Notes under the pieces: model-generated | What the model was told of the DNA's origin: nothing | Database searches by the model: none | The model's input: only the letters and a program-made list of their open reading frames with translations | From: Spirulina sp. | GTDB taxonomy: Bacteria; Cyanobacteriota; Cyanobacteriia; Phormidesmidales; Phormidesmidaceae | Reading direction: 5' to 3' | NCBI GenBank assembly: GCA_044070495.1 | Contig: JBIPSI010000009.1 | Coordinates: 102,234-166,233, forward strand | Length of the DNA stretch: 64,000 bases | Position numbers and translations under genes: made by a program | Part shown: one piece after another, positions 1 through 10,576 of the stretch | Layout: each line of letters begins with the position of its first letter | How positions within the stretch are numbered: position 1 is the stretch's first letter

Positions 1-568
1 CATCAACCACCGCGAATCCTACGGCATGTTTGCCTGCAACGGCATTTTGTTTAACCACGAATCGCCGCGCCGGGGCGAAACCTTTGTTACCCGCAAAATT
101 ACCCGTGCCGTGGCCCGCATTGTGGCTGGCAGGCAAAACAAAATCTACATGGGCAACCTCGACGCCAAGCGCGACTGGGGCTATGCCAAGGACTACGTCA
201 AAGCCATGTGGCTGATGCTGCAACAGGAGGCCCCCGACGACTATGTGGTGGCCACCGGAGAAACCCACTCTGTGCGCGAGTTTTTGGAACTCGCCTTTGG
301 CCATGTCAACCTCAACTGGGAAGACTACGTCGCCTTTGACGAGCGCTACCTGCGCCCCGCCGAGGTGGATTTGCTGATTGGCGACCCCACCAAGGCCAAG
401 GCCCAACTGGGTTGGGAGCCTTCGGTAACCTTGGAGGAACTGGTTTATCTGATGGTGGAAGCGGATCTCCAGGCCCTAGGACTCGTCACCCTCAACGGCA
501 GCGCCGCCACCAGCGTCCTCGACCGGGCTACCCTGCGCCTAGCCGGGGAAAGTTTGGCCGTGGGCTAG
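1..568 (+). CDS. gmd: GDP-mannose 4,6-dehydratase (5' end outside window)
   Basis: [29 protein letters not shown] and LRPAEVDLL are hallmark Gmd motifs. Confidence 0.96.
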   Translation, partial: INHRESYGMFACNGILFNHESPRRGETFVTRKITRAVARIVAGRQNKIYMGNLDAKRDWGYAKDYVKAMWLMLQQEAPDDYVVATGETHSVREFLELAFGHVNLNWEDYVAFDERYLRPAEVDLLIGDPTKAKAQLGWEPSVTLEELVYLMVEADLQALGLVTLNGSAATSVLDRATLRLAGESLAVG

Positions 569-617
569 GTAGTCGGCGAAATCTTGTGATATGACATACC
601 TAAAATAGTGCATCCCC

Positions 618-702
618 GTAGGTTGGGTGGAACGGAGTGTAACCCAACAATCCCCAAGGATTTAGGGTTTGTTGGGTTCTGCTATCGCGCCACCCAACCT
701 AC
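618..702. repeat. GTAG-type REP doublet (nested inverted repeat)
   Basis: GTAGGTTGGGTGG...AACCCAACAA / TTGTTGGGTT...CCACCCAACCTAC; same family at 13331-13417, with remnants at 49595-49642 and about 51014-51080. Confidence 0.85.
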
Positions 703-765
703 ATGTTGAACTGTGTCGCACCAGCACAATTGGTCTAGCCTTGTGTCTGTTCCACGGACAAGGTT

Positions 766-2142
766 TTAGGCGCTGAGGGGCCTTTCCATGAGGGAAACTC
801 GATATTGGGAGGCCCAGGCATCTAGATCTGCTAACCCCCGGTCGCGATACTGGCCGTAGCGTTCGCGCTTATTGCGAATTTTGCTGGGCAGGGCGGGCAA
901 AATGCCAAAGTTGGGCGGCATGGGCTGAAAGTGCTTGGGTTCCGCCGTGCTGATGAAGTCGAACAATGCCCCCATCATGGTGGTGACGGGCAGCTCCAGA
1001 GGTTCTAACCCCAGGGCCAGTCGCGCCGCATTGGTACCCGCCAGCCAGCCCCCCGCCGTGGCGGCGGTATAGCCCTCGGTGCCCACCAGTTGCCCCGCCG
1101 CCAGTAGGGTGGGCCGGGTTTTGAACTGAAGGGTGCGGTGCAGTAACTCAGGAGAGTTGATAAAGGTGTTGCGGTGCATCACGCCCATGCGGACGAATTC
1201 GGCGTTTTCTAGGCCCGGAATCAGCCGAAACACCCGCGTCTGTTCGCCCCAGCGCAGGTTAGTCTGAAAGCCCACCATGTTCCACAACTGGCCCTGGCGA
1301 TCCTCCTGGCGCAGTTGCACCACGGCGTAGGGCTTTTTGTCTTTGTTATTGGGATCTTTGAAATCCCCGAACCGCGCATCAAACAGCCCCACGGGTTTGA
1401 GGGGGCCGTAGCGCATGGTGTCTTCCCCTCGGCGGGCCATTTCTTCGATGGGCAGGCAGGCTTCAAAGAACTTGGCGGTTTCGCGCTCAAAGTCCTTCAG
1501 TTCCGCCTGTTCGGCCTTGCAGAGTTCCGTCCAAAAATGAAGGTACTGCTCCCGGTTCATGGGGCAGTTCAGGTAGGCGGCCTCGCCCCGGTCGTAGCGG
1601 GAGGCCATGAAGGCCACGTCGCGGTTGATGCTGTCGCCCACCACAATGGGGCTGGCGGCATCGAAAAAGCTCATGTAGGCCTGCCCGGTGAACCGTTGCA
1701 AGTCTTCGGCTAGGGATTCCGTGGTCAGGGGGCCAGTGGTCAGCACCGTAATGCCCTCGGTCGGAATCTGGTGCACCTCCTCCCGCCGCAGTTCAATCAG
1801 GGGATGACGTTCTAGGGTGGTGGTGAGGTCGTGGCTAAAGTGGCCCCGATCCACCGCCAGGGCACCCCCCGCTGGCACCTGGTGCTCGTCGGCCTTGGCA
1901 ATAATCACCGACCCCAGCCGCCGCAGTTCCTCATGGAGCAACCCCGACGCCCGATCCGTAGCCTGGGCACCAAAGGAATTGCTGCACACCAGTTCCGCTA
2001 CCTCCTGGCTGTGGTGGGCCGGAGAGGTGCGCTGGGGCCGCATTTCGTGGAGCACGACAGGTATCCCCGCCTGGGCAATTTGCCAGGTGGCTTCGGTGCC
2101 CGCAAGGCCGCCGCCAATCACATGAATCGGTTGAGTTGCCAT
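766..2142 (-). CDS. trmFO: FAD-dependent tRNA (uracil-54-C5)-methyltransferase
   Basis: [32 protein letters not shown] and GQLVGTEGY motifs. Confidence 0.96.
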   Translation of the reverse strand: MATQPIHVIGGGLAGTEATWQIAQAGIPVVLHEMRPQRTSPAHHSQEVAELVCSNSFGAQATDRASGLLHEELRRLGSVIIAKADEHQVPAGGALAVDRGHFSHDLTTTLERHPLIELRREEVHQIPTEGITVLTTGPLTTESLAEDLQRFTGQAYMSFFDAASPIVVGDSINRDVAFMASRYDRGEAAYLNCPMNREQYLHFWTELCKAEQAELKDFERETAKFFEACLPIEEMARRGEDTMRYGPLKPVGLFDARFGDFKDPNNKDKKPYAVVQLRQEDRQGQLWNMVGFQTNLRWGEQTRVFRLIPGLENAEFVRMGVMHRNTFINSPELLHRTLQFKTRPTLLAAGQLVGTEGYTAATAGGWLAGTNAARLALGLEPLELPVTTMMGALFDFISTAEPKHFQPMPPNFGILPALPSKIRNKRERYGQYRDRGLADLDAWASQYRVSLMERPLSA

Positions 2143-2296
2143 GGTCAATGGTCACGAAAATTTTGAGTTTAGCTTTCCTAGCATAGCGACTTCTCGGCAA
2201 TCGCCCCAGGTATTCGTCAGCGGCAGATGGCGAGGGACAGAACCTGGTCTTTCCTAGACCGGTTCCGGCTAGACTAGGGCTGATCGCTGTTTCTGC

Positions 2297-3172
2297 ATGG
2301 GCTTTGCCACCATGGGCCTGAGTTCGCCCGATTGTTACGCCATTCGCCACCTGCTGACGGTCTGTGGCGACTATGCCCGCCAGCAGTCTTACATGGGTTT
2401 TCAGGTGTTTGAAAAAGGGCTAGATGACTACGTCACTACGGTAGATCGGGCCTTGGATGCCAAGCTTTTGGCTGGGTTTCAGGCCTTGTTTCCGCAAGAC
2501 GGAATTATTACCGAGGAAAATCGGGCCACGGTGCACCAGCTACAAGCGCCCCAGCGGCGGCTGTGGTTCATTGACCCCATCGACGGCACCGATGATTTTA
2601 TCCACGGACGGGCCGACTATGCGGTGATGGTGGGGCAATTGGTGGATGGCCATCCCCAGGCGGGCTGGATCTACGCCCCCGCCCACGGCAAGCTCTATTG
2701 GGGAGGCCAAGGCCAAGGGCTGTTTTGGCAGGGGGCCGATGGAACGCCCCACCGGTTGCCCCCCGTGAACCCTCCCCTCATCTCTGGCCAGCGCTGGAAT
2801 TTGGTGATCGGCACTCCGGATCGGCGGCGGTTTGGGGCCGATCTGATGGCTCAGCTACCGGGGGTGTCCTTTGTCTCCCTAGGCAGCTTTGGCCTCAAGG
2901 TGTTGCAGGTGATCACCGGAAATGCGGGGCTGTATATCTATCTCAATGGTCGGGTCAAGCTTTGGGACACCGTTGGCCCCCTGGCCCTGGCCCACGCCGC
3001 CGGACTGGTGTGTTGCGACCTAGCGGGAAATCCCCTCCAGTTTACCGAACCCCATGTGGATGGCGAGACCGTGGCCCACCGTCAGCCCATTGTGGTGGGG
3101 TGGCCCCAGTATGTGGAAGCGTTTCGGCCCACCATTCAGCGAGTGGTGGCCGCCGCCCAGACCGTGGCCTAA
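2297..3172 (+). CDS. inositol monophosphatase / CysQ family protein
   Basis: EE...WFIDPIDGT and WD motifs. Confidence 0.88.
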   Translation: MGFATMGLSSPDCYAIRHLLTVCGDYARQQSYMGFQVFEKGLDDYVTTVDRALDAKLLAGFQALFPQDGIITEENRATVHQLQAPQRRLWFIDPIDGTDDFIHGRADYAVMVGQLVDGHPQAGWIYAPAHGKLYWGGQGQGLFWQGADGTPHRLPPVNPPLISGQRWNLVIGTPDRRRFGADLMAQLPGVSFVSLGSFGLKVLQVITGNAGLYIYLNGRVKLWDTVGPLALAHAAGLVCCDLAGNPLQFTEPHVDGETVAHRQPIVVGWPQYVEAFRPTIQRVVAAAQTVA

Positions 3173-3446
3173 GTCGGTCAGCAACATGTTGATTAGGATG
3201 GTGTAAATCTTGCCCTAACGCCTTCAAGCCTCGACCAGCATGGGTTACGCTCCGCCAACCTGTCCCACAAACGGATCCTTCGCTGTGGGGGGGGATGGCG
3301 TCGGATCACCTGGGGATCGGTTTCGGTAACTGGCAGGGCACAATAGGAGAAGAGATCCGGGTGTCTCAGCCGCTACTATGAAAATAGTCCTTGGCGCTTC
3401 GCTCGATTGCTTTCCTGTTCCATCGTCGCTCCTTCGTTTGTCTGCT

Positions 3447-4130
3447 ATGCAGCCCGACACTTTTACCGAGCTTTATCCCCTCTTTAGTGCCGCCAGTCCT
3501 GAAACCGTGGAATGGTTGCTTTCTGTGGCTACCCACCACGAATACCCCGCCAACCGCGCCGTGGTCATGGAAGATGCCTGGGGCAATGCGGTCTACTTCA
3601 TCGAGGCGGGCTGGGTGAAGGTGCGCCGCCATGTGGATGATCACTTCATTACCCTCGCCGTGCTGGGCAAGGGAGACTTTTTTGGGGAGATGGCCATCCT
3701 AGACGAGTCGCCCCGATCCACCGATGTGGTGGCCCTGACCGCCGTTAAGCTGACCAGTATTTCCGCCCAGCGCTTTATCCAAACGCTGTTTAAAGATTCT
3801 CAACTGCATCACCGCCTGCTGCAACTGATGGTGCAGCGACTGCGCCAGAGCAACCTGCGTCTGCAACTGCGCCAGCAGCCCCCCGCCGTAAAATTAGCCA
3901 ATACCCTGGTAGCCCTCCAGGAAGCCTACGGCCAACCCGTGGAAACAGGCATTGAGCTATTGGCCATGAGCGATCAAGATCTGGCGGATCTCTCGGACAT
4001 TACCGCCGAAGAGGCCAGCAAAATTATGGCTAAGCTGATGGAAAAGGGATGGATTGACCAAGACCAAGACCACGTTGCCCTCATCCTCAAGGCCCCAAAA
4101 CAGATCGCTCATCTGGCGGGCCGACGGTAG
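3447..4130 (+). CDS. Crp/Fnr family transcriptional regulator
   Basis: cNMP domain FFGEMAIL..PRS followed by C-terminal HTH; start placed at internal ATG (MQPD). Confidence 0.88.
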   Translation: MQPDTFTELYPLFSAASPETVEWLLSVATHHEYPANRAVVMEDAWGNAVYFIEAGWVKVRRHVDDHFITLAVLGKGDFFGEMAILDESPRSTDVVALTAVKLTSISAQRFIQTLFKDSQLHHRLLQLMVQRLRQSNLRLQLRQQPPAVKLANTLVALQEAYGQPVETGIELLAMSDQDLADLSDITAEEASKIMAKLMEKGWIDQDQDHVALILKAPKQIAHLAGRR

Positions 4131-4139
4131 CGCCCAGAT

Positions 4140-4538
4140 CTAGGATCTGAGGGCCAGTTGGGGCAGCCCCCGCATCAAAATGTCCGTCACCGAAATCACC
4201 CCCAGCAGACGACCATGTTTGACCACGGGTGCCCGATGCAGCCCCGTTTCCGACAGCACCCTAGAGGCTTCTTGCACCGTGAGCTCTGGCGTTAGGGCAA
4301 TGCAGGGCTGATGCATGATGTCCTGGACAATCACCCGCTCTGGATCGTGGCCACGGGCCACCACGGTATAGACAATGTCCCGCTCGGTGATCATGCCGTA
4401 GGGCATACCGCCGTGGCGACGCTCTACCAACAACGACCGCACCTGCCGCCGCTGCATCAGGTCAATGGCCTCCGCCACCGTTGCGCTACTGACAATCAAC
4501 AGGACGTCCGTTGTCATAATATCGGTCACGGTCAGCAT
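4140..4538 (-). CDS. stand-alone CBS-pair protein
   Basis: V.DIM, GMITERDI and GVISVTDI tandem CBS motifs. Confidence 0.9.
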   Translation of the reverse strand: MLTVTDIMTTDVLLIVSSATVAEAIDLMQRRQVRSLLVERRHGGMPYGMITERDIVYTVVARGHDPERVIVQDIMHQPCIALTPELTVQEASRVLSETGLHRAPVVKHGRLLGVISVTDILMRGLPQLALRS

Positions 4539-4659
4539 AGGAATATCTCCAGAAAAGCGCGATCTTAGGTAGGCAAAAGGTCTGTAAGGGCTGTGGAACT
4601 CAGATTCCCGCCCAGCGAATCAGGCCATCAGGCTGGGGTCAGAGGCCATAGCTCAGATT

Positions 4660-4673
4660 GTAGCGATGTTTAC
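4660..4673. promoter_or_regulatory. candidate NtcA site GTA-N8-TAC
   Basis: GTAGCGATGTTTAC about 120 bp upstream of the CBS gene; on the minus strand it overlaps a TACAAT -10-like hexamer. Confidence 0.4.
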
Positions 4674-4784
4674 CGATCTGGCTCAGCCCAGCCCCCTGCA
4701 CCCACCTTCTATGGTGGCGGACAGAGCGCCCTACCCTACCAATTTCTGTAGCTTTTCTTAAGATTACGGCCTTAGCCGATAGCC

Positions 4785-5960
4785 CTACTTCAGCCAACCC
4801 TTCAGCCGAGAGGCCACCTGGGGCCGCCGCAGTTTGCGCATGGCCTTGGTTTGAATTTGGCGCACCCGTTCCCGCGACAGGTTGAAAATTCCGCCCACTT
4901 CCTCTAGGGTATGGGTCTCGCCAGTGGCAAGGCCGTAGCGCAGGGCAATAATGTCCTTTTCGCGCTCGGTCAACACCTCAGCGAGGACGCTGGTAATCTC
5001 CTGGCGCATCATGTTTTCGCTGATCTGAGACTCCGGCGATTGGGTGCGGCTATCCTCTAGCAGCTCCATTAATTCGGTATCTTCGCCCTTACCTACTCGG
5101 TGATTTAAGGAAAGGGAACGGCGGCGCACCTGCTGCAAACTTCTGAGCTGATCCACCGTCACATCCAGGACATCAGCCAACTCCTGTTCGGTGGGATTTC
5201 GCTGGAGATCGCGACGCAGATCTCGGTGGGCTTTCTTGAGTTTATTCAGCTTTTCAACGATGTGAATCGGCAACCGAATGGTACGGGCATCGTTGGCAAT
5301 GGTGCGGGTAATTCCCTGGCGGATCCACCAGTAGGCATAGGTGGAGAATTTGTAGCCCTTATCGGGGTCAAATTTTTCCGTGGCTCGGTTTAATCCTAGG
5401 GCACCTTCCTGAATTAAATCCAGGAAAGGAACCCCACGATTAAGATAGCGTTTGGCGATGGAAACCACCAGGCGCAAATTTGACCGAATCATTCGTCGTT
5501 TTGCGGCTAGCCCATCGTGAAGCTTCTGGCTAAATTCTCGGTCGGTAAGGTTGAGTTTAGCCAGCATTTCTTGGCGCGTAGGCTTACGGCCTAATTCCTT
5601 GCTCAGCTTCTCGCTAACGCTGTCTACCTTGGCCAAAAAGCGCACCTGGCGAGCCAACTCGATCTCTTCACTAGGCTCTAGGAGCGGATAGCGGGCCATC
5701 TCCTTAAAAAAGGCTCCTACGGCGTCATCGCTGAGGGTTTTGCTGTAGCCAGAGATCCCCATTTCCGATAGCTCGCTGGCCTGGGTAAACTTGGCCAACA
5801 CCTCTCGGTCTTCCTCCCAGGCAACCTGATCAGGGGTGAACTCTTCTTCCCCCAGGGAGGGTTTTTCGGTGGTTCGAGTAAAATCGCTGGAAAACTCGTC
5901 CAGGGAGTGCCCTGGCCAACCAATAGAACTGTCTGTGCTGGAGTTAAATGTAGTGGTCAT
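4785..5960 (-). CDS. sigE: group 2 RNA polymerase sigma factor, SigE type
   Basis: DAVGAFFKEMARYPLL, ANDARTIRLPIH and C-terminal RRPQVASRLKGWL match the cyanobacterial SigE clade as recalled. Confidence 0.85.
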   Translation of the reverse strand: MTTTFNSSTDSSIGWPGHSLDEFSSDFTRTTEKPSLGEEEFTPDQVAWEEDREVLAKFTQASELSEMGISGYSKTLSDDAVGAFFKEMARYPLLEPSEEIELARQVRFLAKVDSVSEKLSKELGRKPTRQEMLAKLNLTDREFSQKLHDGLAAKRRMIRSNLRLVVSIAKRYLNRGVPFLDLIQEGALGLNRATEKFDPDKGYKFSTYAYWWIRQGITRTIANDARTIRLPIHIVEKLNKLKKAHRDLRRDLQRNPTEQELADVLDVTVDQLRSLQQVRRRSLSLNHRVGKGEDTELMELLEDSRTQSPESQISENMMRQEITSVLAEVLTEREKDIIALRYGLATGETHTLEEVGGIFNLSRERVRQIQTKAMRKLRRPQVASRLKGWLK

Positions 5961-6369
5961 AGGAGTCAATAAAACTGTATGGCTACAGGTTTGAAGCATG
6001 TATATCGGGTTGCCAAATCAGTGACAGACCCTTCCACTAACTTTCAGCCTGTGGGGAACGTTTGAGAGGAATAATTTTGTGAGTCCACAATACGCACTTT
6101 TCTGGAAATTCCTAGGCAATGTAACATTTCTTCGTGGTTCTGCGTAGTGTAGCAAGCTTTGTCAATTTTGCAAGGGAATTTCCAAGAAAATCCTGCGTTG
6201 TCCCAATGATCTCCTATCGCTGATATCTCCTTATCTATGGACACGAAAAACCAACCTACGCGTTGACATGAACGCTAGGCTTTCGGGGCTAGAGGGCTAG
6301 CCCAAATTCTAGGAACCCCTAGGTGACCCCAGCCTTTAAACTGGCATTACACCCAGAACAATTGCCCCA

Positions 6370-8984
6370 ATGGCTCAGCCCCGTATCCAACCCATGTTCC
6401 ATTCACCCAGTTGGGTCAATGTTTTAGTTGACTACGGAGGACAACCCGACATCTATACCTATCGCCTGCCCGATCACCTAACGGTGGAAGCGGGCGATAT
6501 TCTAACGGTGCCCTTTGGGTCGCAACAGGTGGGGGCCATTGCCCTGTCCCTGCTGACCACACCACCGCCTCATCTCAGCCCCGACCAAATTCGGGGGGTG
6601 GAGGGAGTGGTGGAGAAACGTTTTTTTGCACCGCCCTACTGGACGCTGCTGCAACGGGTGGCCGAACGATACCAAACCCCCTTAGTACAGGTGCTTAGAA
6701 CGGCTTTGCCACCGGGGTTGCTGGCGCGATCCCAGCGTCGGTTGCGGCTGTGTCCCGAACGCATCCCCTCCCAGGTTGACGGGTCATTGTCGCCCGCCTT
6801 AATCACTCTTTTGGAGACCCTGCGTCGTTCAGCCACGGGTGATTATACATGGCAATATCTAAAACGGCACGGAAATTCTTACCGATCTATCCAACAATTG
6901 ATGCAACTGGGCTGGGCCGAGTCTTATTTAGCTCCACCCCAGCCACCCAAACCCCAGCAACGACAGGCGGTTACCCTGGTAGCGGAGGTTGTGGATGCCG
7001 CTGACCTCACGCCCCGTCAGGCGGAAATTTTGGCCATCCTCAAGCGCCACGGCGGCGACCTGTGGCTCAGCGATGCTCTACAACGGTGTCAAACCACCAG
7101 CGCCACCCTGAAACGCCTGGCCCAAAAGGGCTATCTGGACATTGCCCCCCGCGAACGGCTACGTGCCGAGACTGGCCCCGCCCTAACTGGCGACCAGCCC
7201 AAGGCGTTGACCCCCACCCAGGCCCAGGTGCTAGCGACGATTACCCAAACCCAAGCAGCGGCCCAGTTTTTGCTCCATGGGGTGACGGGGTCGGGTAAAA
7301 CCGAGGTCTATCTTCAGGCCATTGCGCCCCGGTTGGCGGCGGGGCAATCCGCCTTGGTGCTGGTGCCGGAAATTGGCCTTACCCCCCAACTGACGGATCG
7401 CTTTCGGCGGCGGTTTGGATCCCAAGTTTGCGTGTACCATAGTGGCCTCAGCGATGGCGAACGCTACGACACCTGGCGACAATGCCTGCAACCGGGGAAT
7501 CCTCTGGTGATTGTGGGCACCCGGTCGGCCATTTTTCTGCCCCTGCACCACCTAGGGCTGATCGTCCTCGACGAAGAGCACGATGGCAGCTACAAACAGG
7601 ACGTGACCCCCTGCTACCACGCCCGCACCGTGGCCCAGTGGCGGGCCGAACTGGAAAACTGTCCCCTCATCCTTGGCTCCGCCACCCCTTCCTTAGAAAC
7701 CTGGGTGCAATGCCATCCTGAGTTTCGAGATTCAGATATCGGTGTTCAAAATTCAAAATTCAAAATTCAAAGTTCAAAATTCAGTTCCCCCCAATCCCCC
7801 ATTGCCGATTCTCGACGGCCCATGCTTCAGGGCGAGGTGACCTCGCCCCTACCCCACGCCCCACGCCCCACGCCCCACGCCCCACGTCCCTCCCCGCCAC
7901 CTATCTGTCGTTGCCCCAGCGAATTCAGGCTCGGCCCATGCCCAAGGTCGAAGTGATCGACATGAGGGATGAACTGTACCAGGGCAATCGCAGTATTTTC
8001 AGTCGGCAGCTTCAGGATGCCCTCACGGAAATGAAGGCCCAGGGGCAGCAGGGGCTATTGTTCATCCATCGGCGGGGGCACAGTAGTTTTGTGTCTTGCC
8101 GCAGTTGTGGCCTGGTGATGATGTGTCCCCACTGCGATGTGTCCTTGTCCTACCATCAGCCCCACGCCCACAGCGCCATGACCCTACGCTGCCACTACTG
8201 CGGCCACCAGCAGGGCCATCCCCGCCATTGTCCCGACTGTGGGTCGCCCTACCTGAAGCACTTTGGCAGCGGTACCCAGCGGGTGGTGAATGCCCTGGCG
8301 GAACAGTTCCCCGATCTAAGCTGCATCCGGTTTGACAGCGACACCACCCGCACCAAAGGAGCCCACCGTGCCCTGTTAACCCGCTTTGCTGAGGGGGAGG
8401 CCGATGTGTTGGTGGGCACCCAAATGTTGACCAAGGGCATTGATCTACCCCAGGTGACGTTGGTGGGCATCATCGCCGCCGATGGACTGTTGTATATGAA
8501 TGACTATTGGGCCAGCGAACGGGCCATGCAGGTGTTGATCCAGGTGGCAGGGCGGGCGGGGCGAGGCGATCAACCGGGCCAGGTACTGCTGCAAACCTAC
8601 ACCCCCGAACACCCCGTCATCGAAGCGGTGACCCACCATGCCTACAAACCTTTCATCACCGCCGAGTGGGAGCAGCGTCAGTTGTTGCAGTATCCCCCGG
8701 CGGGTCAATTGGTGCTGCTGCGGCTCAGCAGTTTCGAGGCCCAAACCGTGCAGCGGGTGGCCCAGGAAATCGCCCAGCGTCTGGATGCCCTACTGAAGGA
8801 TCTGCCCCACACTCGCCTTGGCCCTGCCCCCGCCCCCATCCTGCGGGTGGCGCGTCGCTTTCGCTGGCAGATTTTGCTGAAGTTTCCCCCAGGGCAACCC
8901 CTACCAAATCTGCAACCCCTGCGGGAGGCCTGTCCCACCCCGGTGAGTTTGACCATTGATGTGGATCCGCTCAATTTGGCTTAG
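6370..8984 (+). CDS. priA: primosomal protein N' (PriA), split by a frameshift inside a repeat insertion (ORFs 6370-7956 and 7911-8984)
   Basis: GVTGSGKTEVY, DEEHD and GSATPS in the first ORF; YLSLPQRI..RPMP, Cys-rich zinc module and GTQMLTKG in the second frame. Confidence 0.92.
7745..7886 (+). repeat. composite insertion: 5x TTCAAAA/G, REP hairpin, 5x CCCCACG
   Basis: TTCAAAR x5 at 7745-7779; AGGGCGAGGTGACCTCGCCCCTAC at about 7829-7852; CCCCACG x5 at 7852-7886. Confidence 0.93.
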
Positions 8985-9113
8985 CACCAGACCCTTGGAG
9001 CAAGCCCAAATTGAGCCGACGGAAAGAATGCCGTGGCGACCATCGCCCCTATCGCCCGCCCTTAAGCGCCTACAGTCATGCTGTCTACCTAATGTTGTCC
9101 TCCTAGGTGCCCC

Positions 9114-10124
9114 CTATCGCCTATGCAAGGTTTGAGAAGGCGATTCACCAAAGAGCTGTTTGTAGTCCTTAGAAAAGTGGCCCAGACTTAGAAAGCCCCA
9201 CTGGTGGGCAATCTGAGCAACCGTTTCGGGTTTGGGATCGGTGTGGAGCAACGCCCGACGAATGCCGTGGAGGCGCTGCACCTTGACAAAGGCCATCGGC
9301 CCCATGCCCAACATGTCTTGAAATCCGTATTGTAAGGATCGCTGACTCGCACAAACGGCCTGACAAAGTTGGGCCAAGGTTAGGGGTTGATCCAGGTGAT
9401 CCATGATGTAGGCTTTGGCCGTTGCAACCAAGGTGGCGCGGCGGTAGGGTCGGGGCGTATTCGCTCGACAGGGCGAGGGCAGGGCATCAATGAGTAGCGG
9501 CATTAAGTCTTGTTCGATCAGGGTGGCGGCATGGGGTGCATGATGCCAGGTTGTGACCGTTTTGGCCTGAAAAAGCTGGTGAAGATAGGCTTTTAGGGAA
9601 GCAACGCCATCAAGGGTAGAGGCCACCATATTGCTGTGGAGAAAGGCATCGTCTAAATCATAGCGGTTGGCCAGGGCGGCATAATGTTCAAATAAGGTGC
9701 TTGAAACTTCGATATGGCACTGATCTTGCCCTTCTGGGGATGTGATGAGATGGGCAGATCGCTGCCGATCAAAGCCAAAAATGGCATTATCAATCAATAG
9801 TTTATCGTGGCTAAAAGTGGGTGGTGATGGCCTATTTAGCAAGACAGCAAAAATTAGGCGACTGGGATCCTTATCGCCAACAACCTGAATCGATTGATTG
9901 ATTTGATATCGATTGATATTGAGTTCTGAGTTGACGATCCAGGAGGCAATTTGGCCTTGAAAGATGCCTCGACTCAGTTGGGTTAGCTGTAGTCCGCTGG
10001 GAGCGATAACTTCACCGAAATGATCCACGTCATTGAACGTAGCGACTCTGTAGTGAGGTGAGCTAACGGCTAACCGCTCGGATGATGGCTTGTTATTATC
10101 TGAAGCTGATCGGTGTTCGTCCAT
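9114..10124 (-). CDS. AraC family regulator (EutR-like)
   Basis: C-terminal double HTH: LTLAQLC..SQRSLQYGF..GF.SLGHFSKDYKQLFGESPSQTL. Confidence 0.92.
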   Translation of the reverse strand: MDEHRSASDNNKPSSERLAVSSPHYRVATFNDVDHFGEVIAPSGLQLTQLSRGIFQGQIASWIVNSELNINRYQINQSIQVVGDKDPSRLIFAVLLNRPSPPTFSHDKLLIDNAIFGFDRQRSAHLITSPEGQDQCHIEVSSTLFEHYAALANRYDLDDAFLHSNMVASTLDGVASLKAYLHQLFQAKTVTTWHHAPHAATLIEQDLMPLLIDALPSPCRANTPRPYRRATLVATAKAYIMDHLDQPLTLAQLCQAVCASQRSLQYGFQDMLGMGPMAFVKVQRLHGIRRALLHTDPKPETVAQIAHQWGFLSLGHFSKDYKQLFGESPSQTLHRR

Positions 10125-10208
10125 ACGTCAAAGATGCAAGCCAAGTCTTAATGAGGAGACATTCCTCACTCCTTAGCACAAAAAAATAGGATTGTTATAG
10201 GAAAGACG

Positions 10209-10239
10209 CTGGTTGGCTGCTGGTTGACTGACAAAACTT
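10209..10239 (+). mobile_element. solo (nested) terminal inverted repeat of the IS4-type/MITE family
   Basis: CTGGTTGACTGACAAAACTT nearly identical to the IS end at 62895-62914, preceded by a partial copy CTGGTTGGCTG. Confidence 0.6.
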
Positions 10240-10576
10240 GCTAGAACCCATATTCGTCACAGGGGCAGGTTGCCTGATTTTTTGGCGCACCGGGCTGTTG
10301 GCAGAGTTTGATAGTCCATTAGAGGCGATGTAAGCAAGTTGGCTTTTGCCACTCATAAAGGACTTCTGCAAAAAAGAAAGAATCCGTCCACAAACTTGCG
10401 TTTTTTGAATAGTGGAAGGGGTATTAAACCTGAAATCTATGTAGTTTTGTTCTGAGGTATTGTTCGGACTCTCCCTAGGGATATAGCATCATCGCGCCAG
10501 CTATTTTGGCGGTACGTTGCCTGTTCTCTCTGTATTTGTTGTGTTGGTGTAGCGAATCATACTGGTGTAGTAAACT

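Noticed and set aside
6000..6369. Expected NtcA site upstream of sigE
   Set aside because: No clean GTA-N8-TAC was found on reading, so none is reported.
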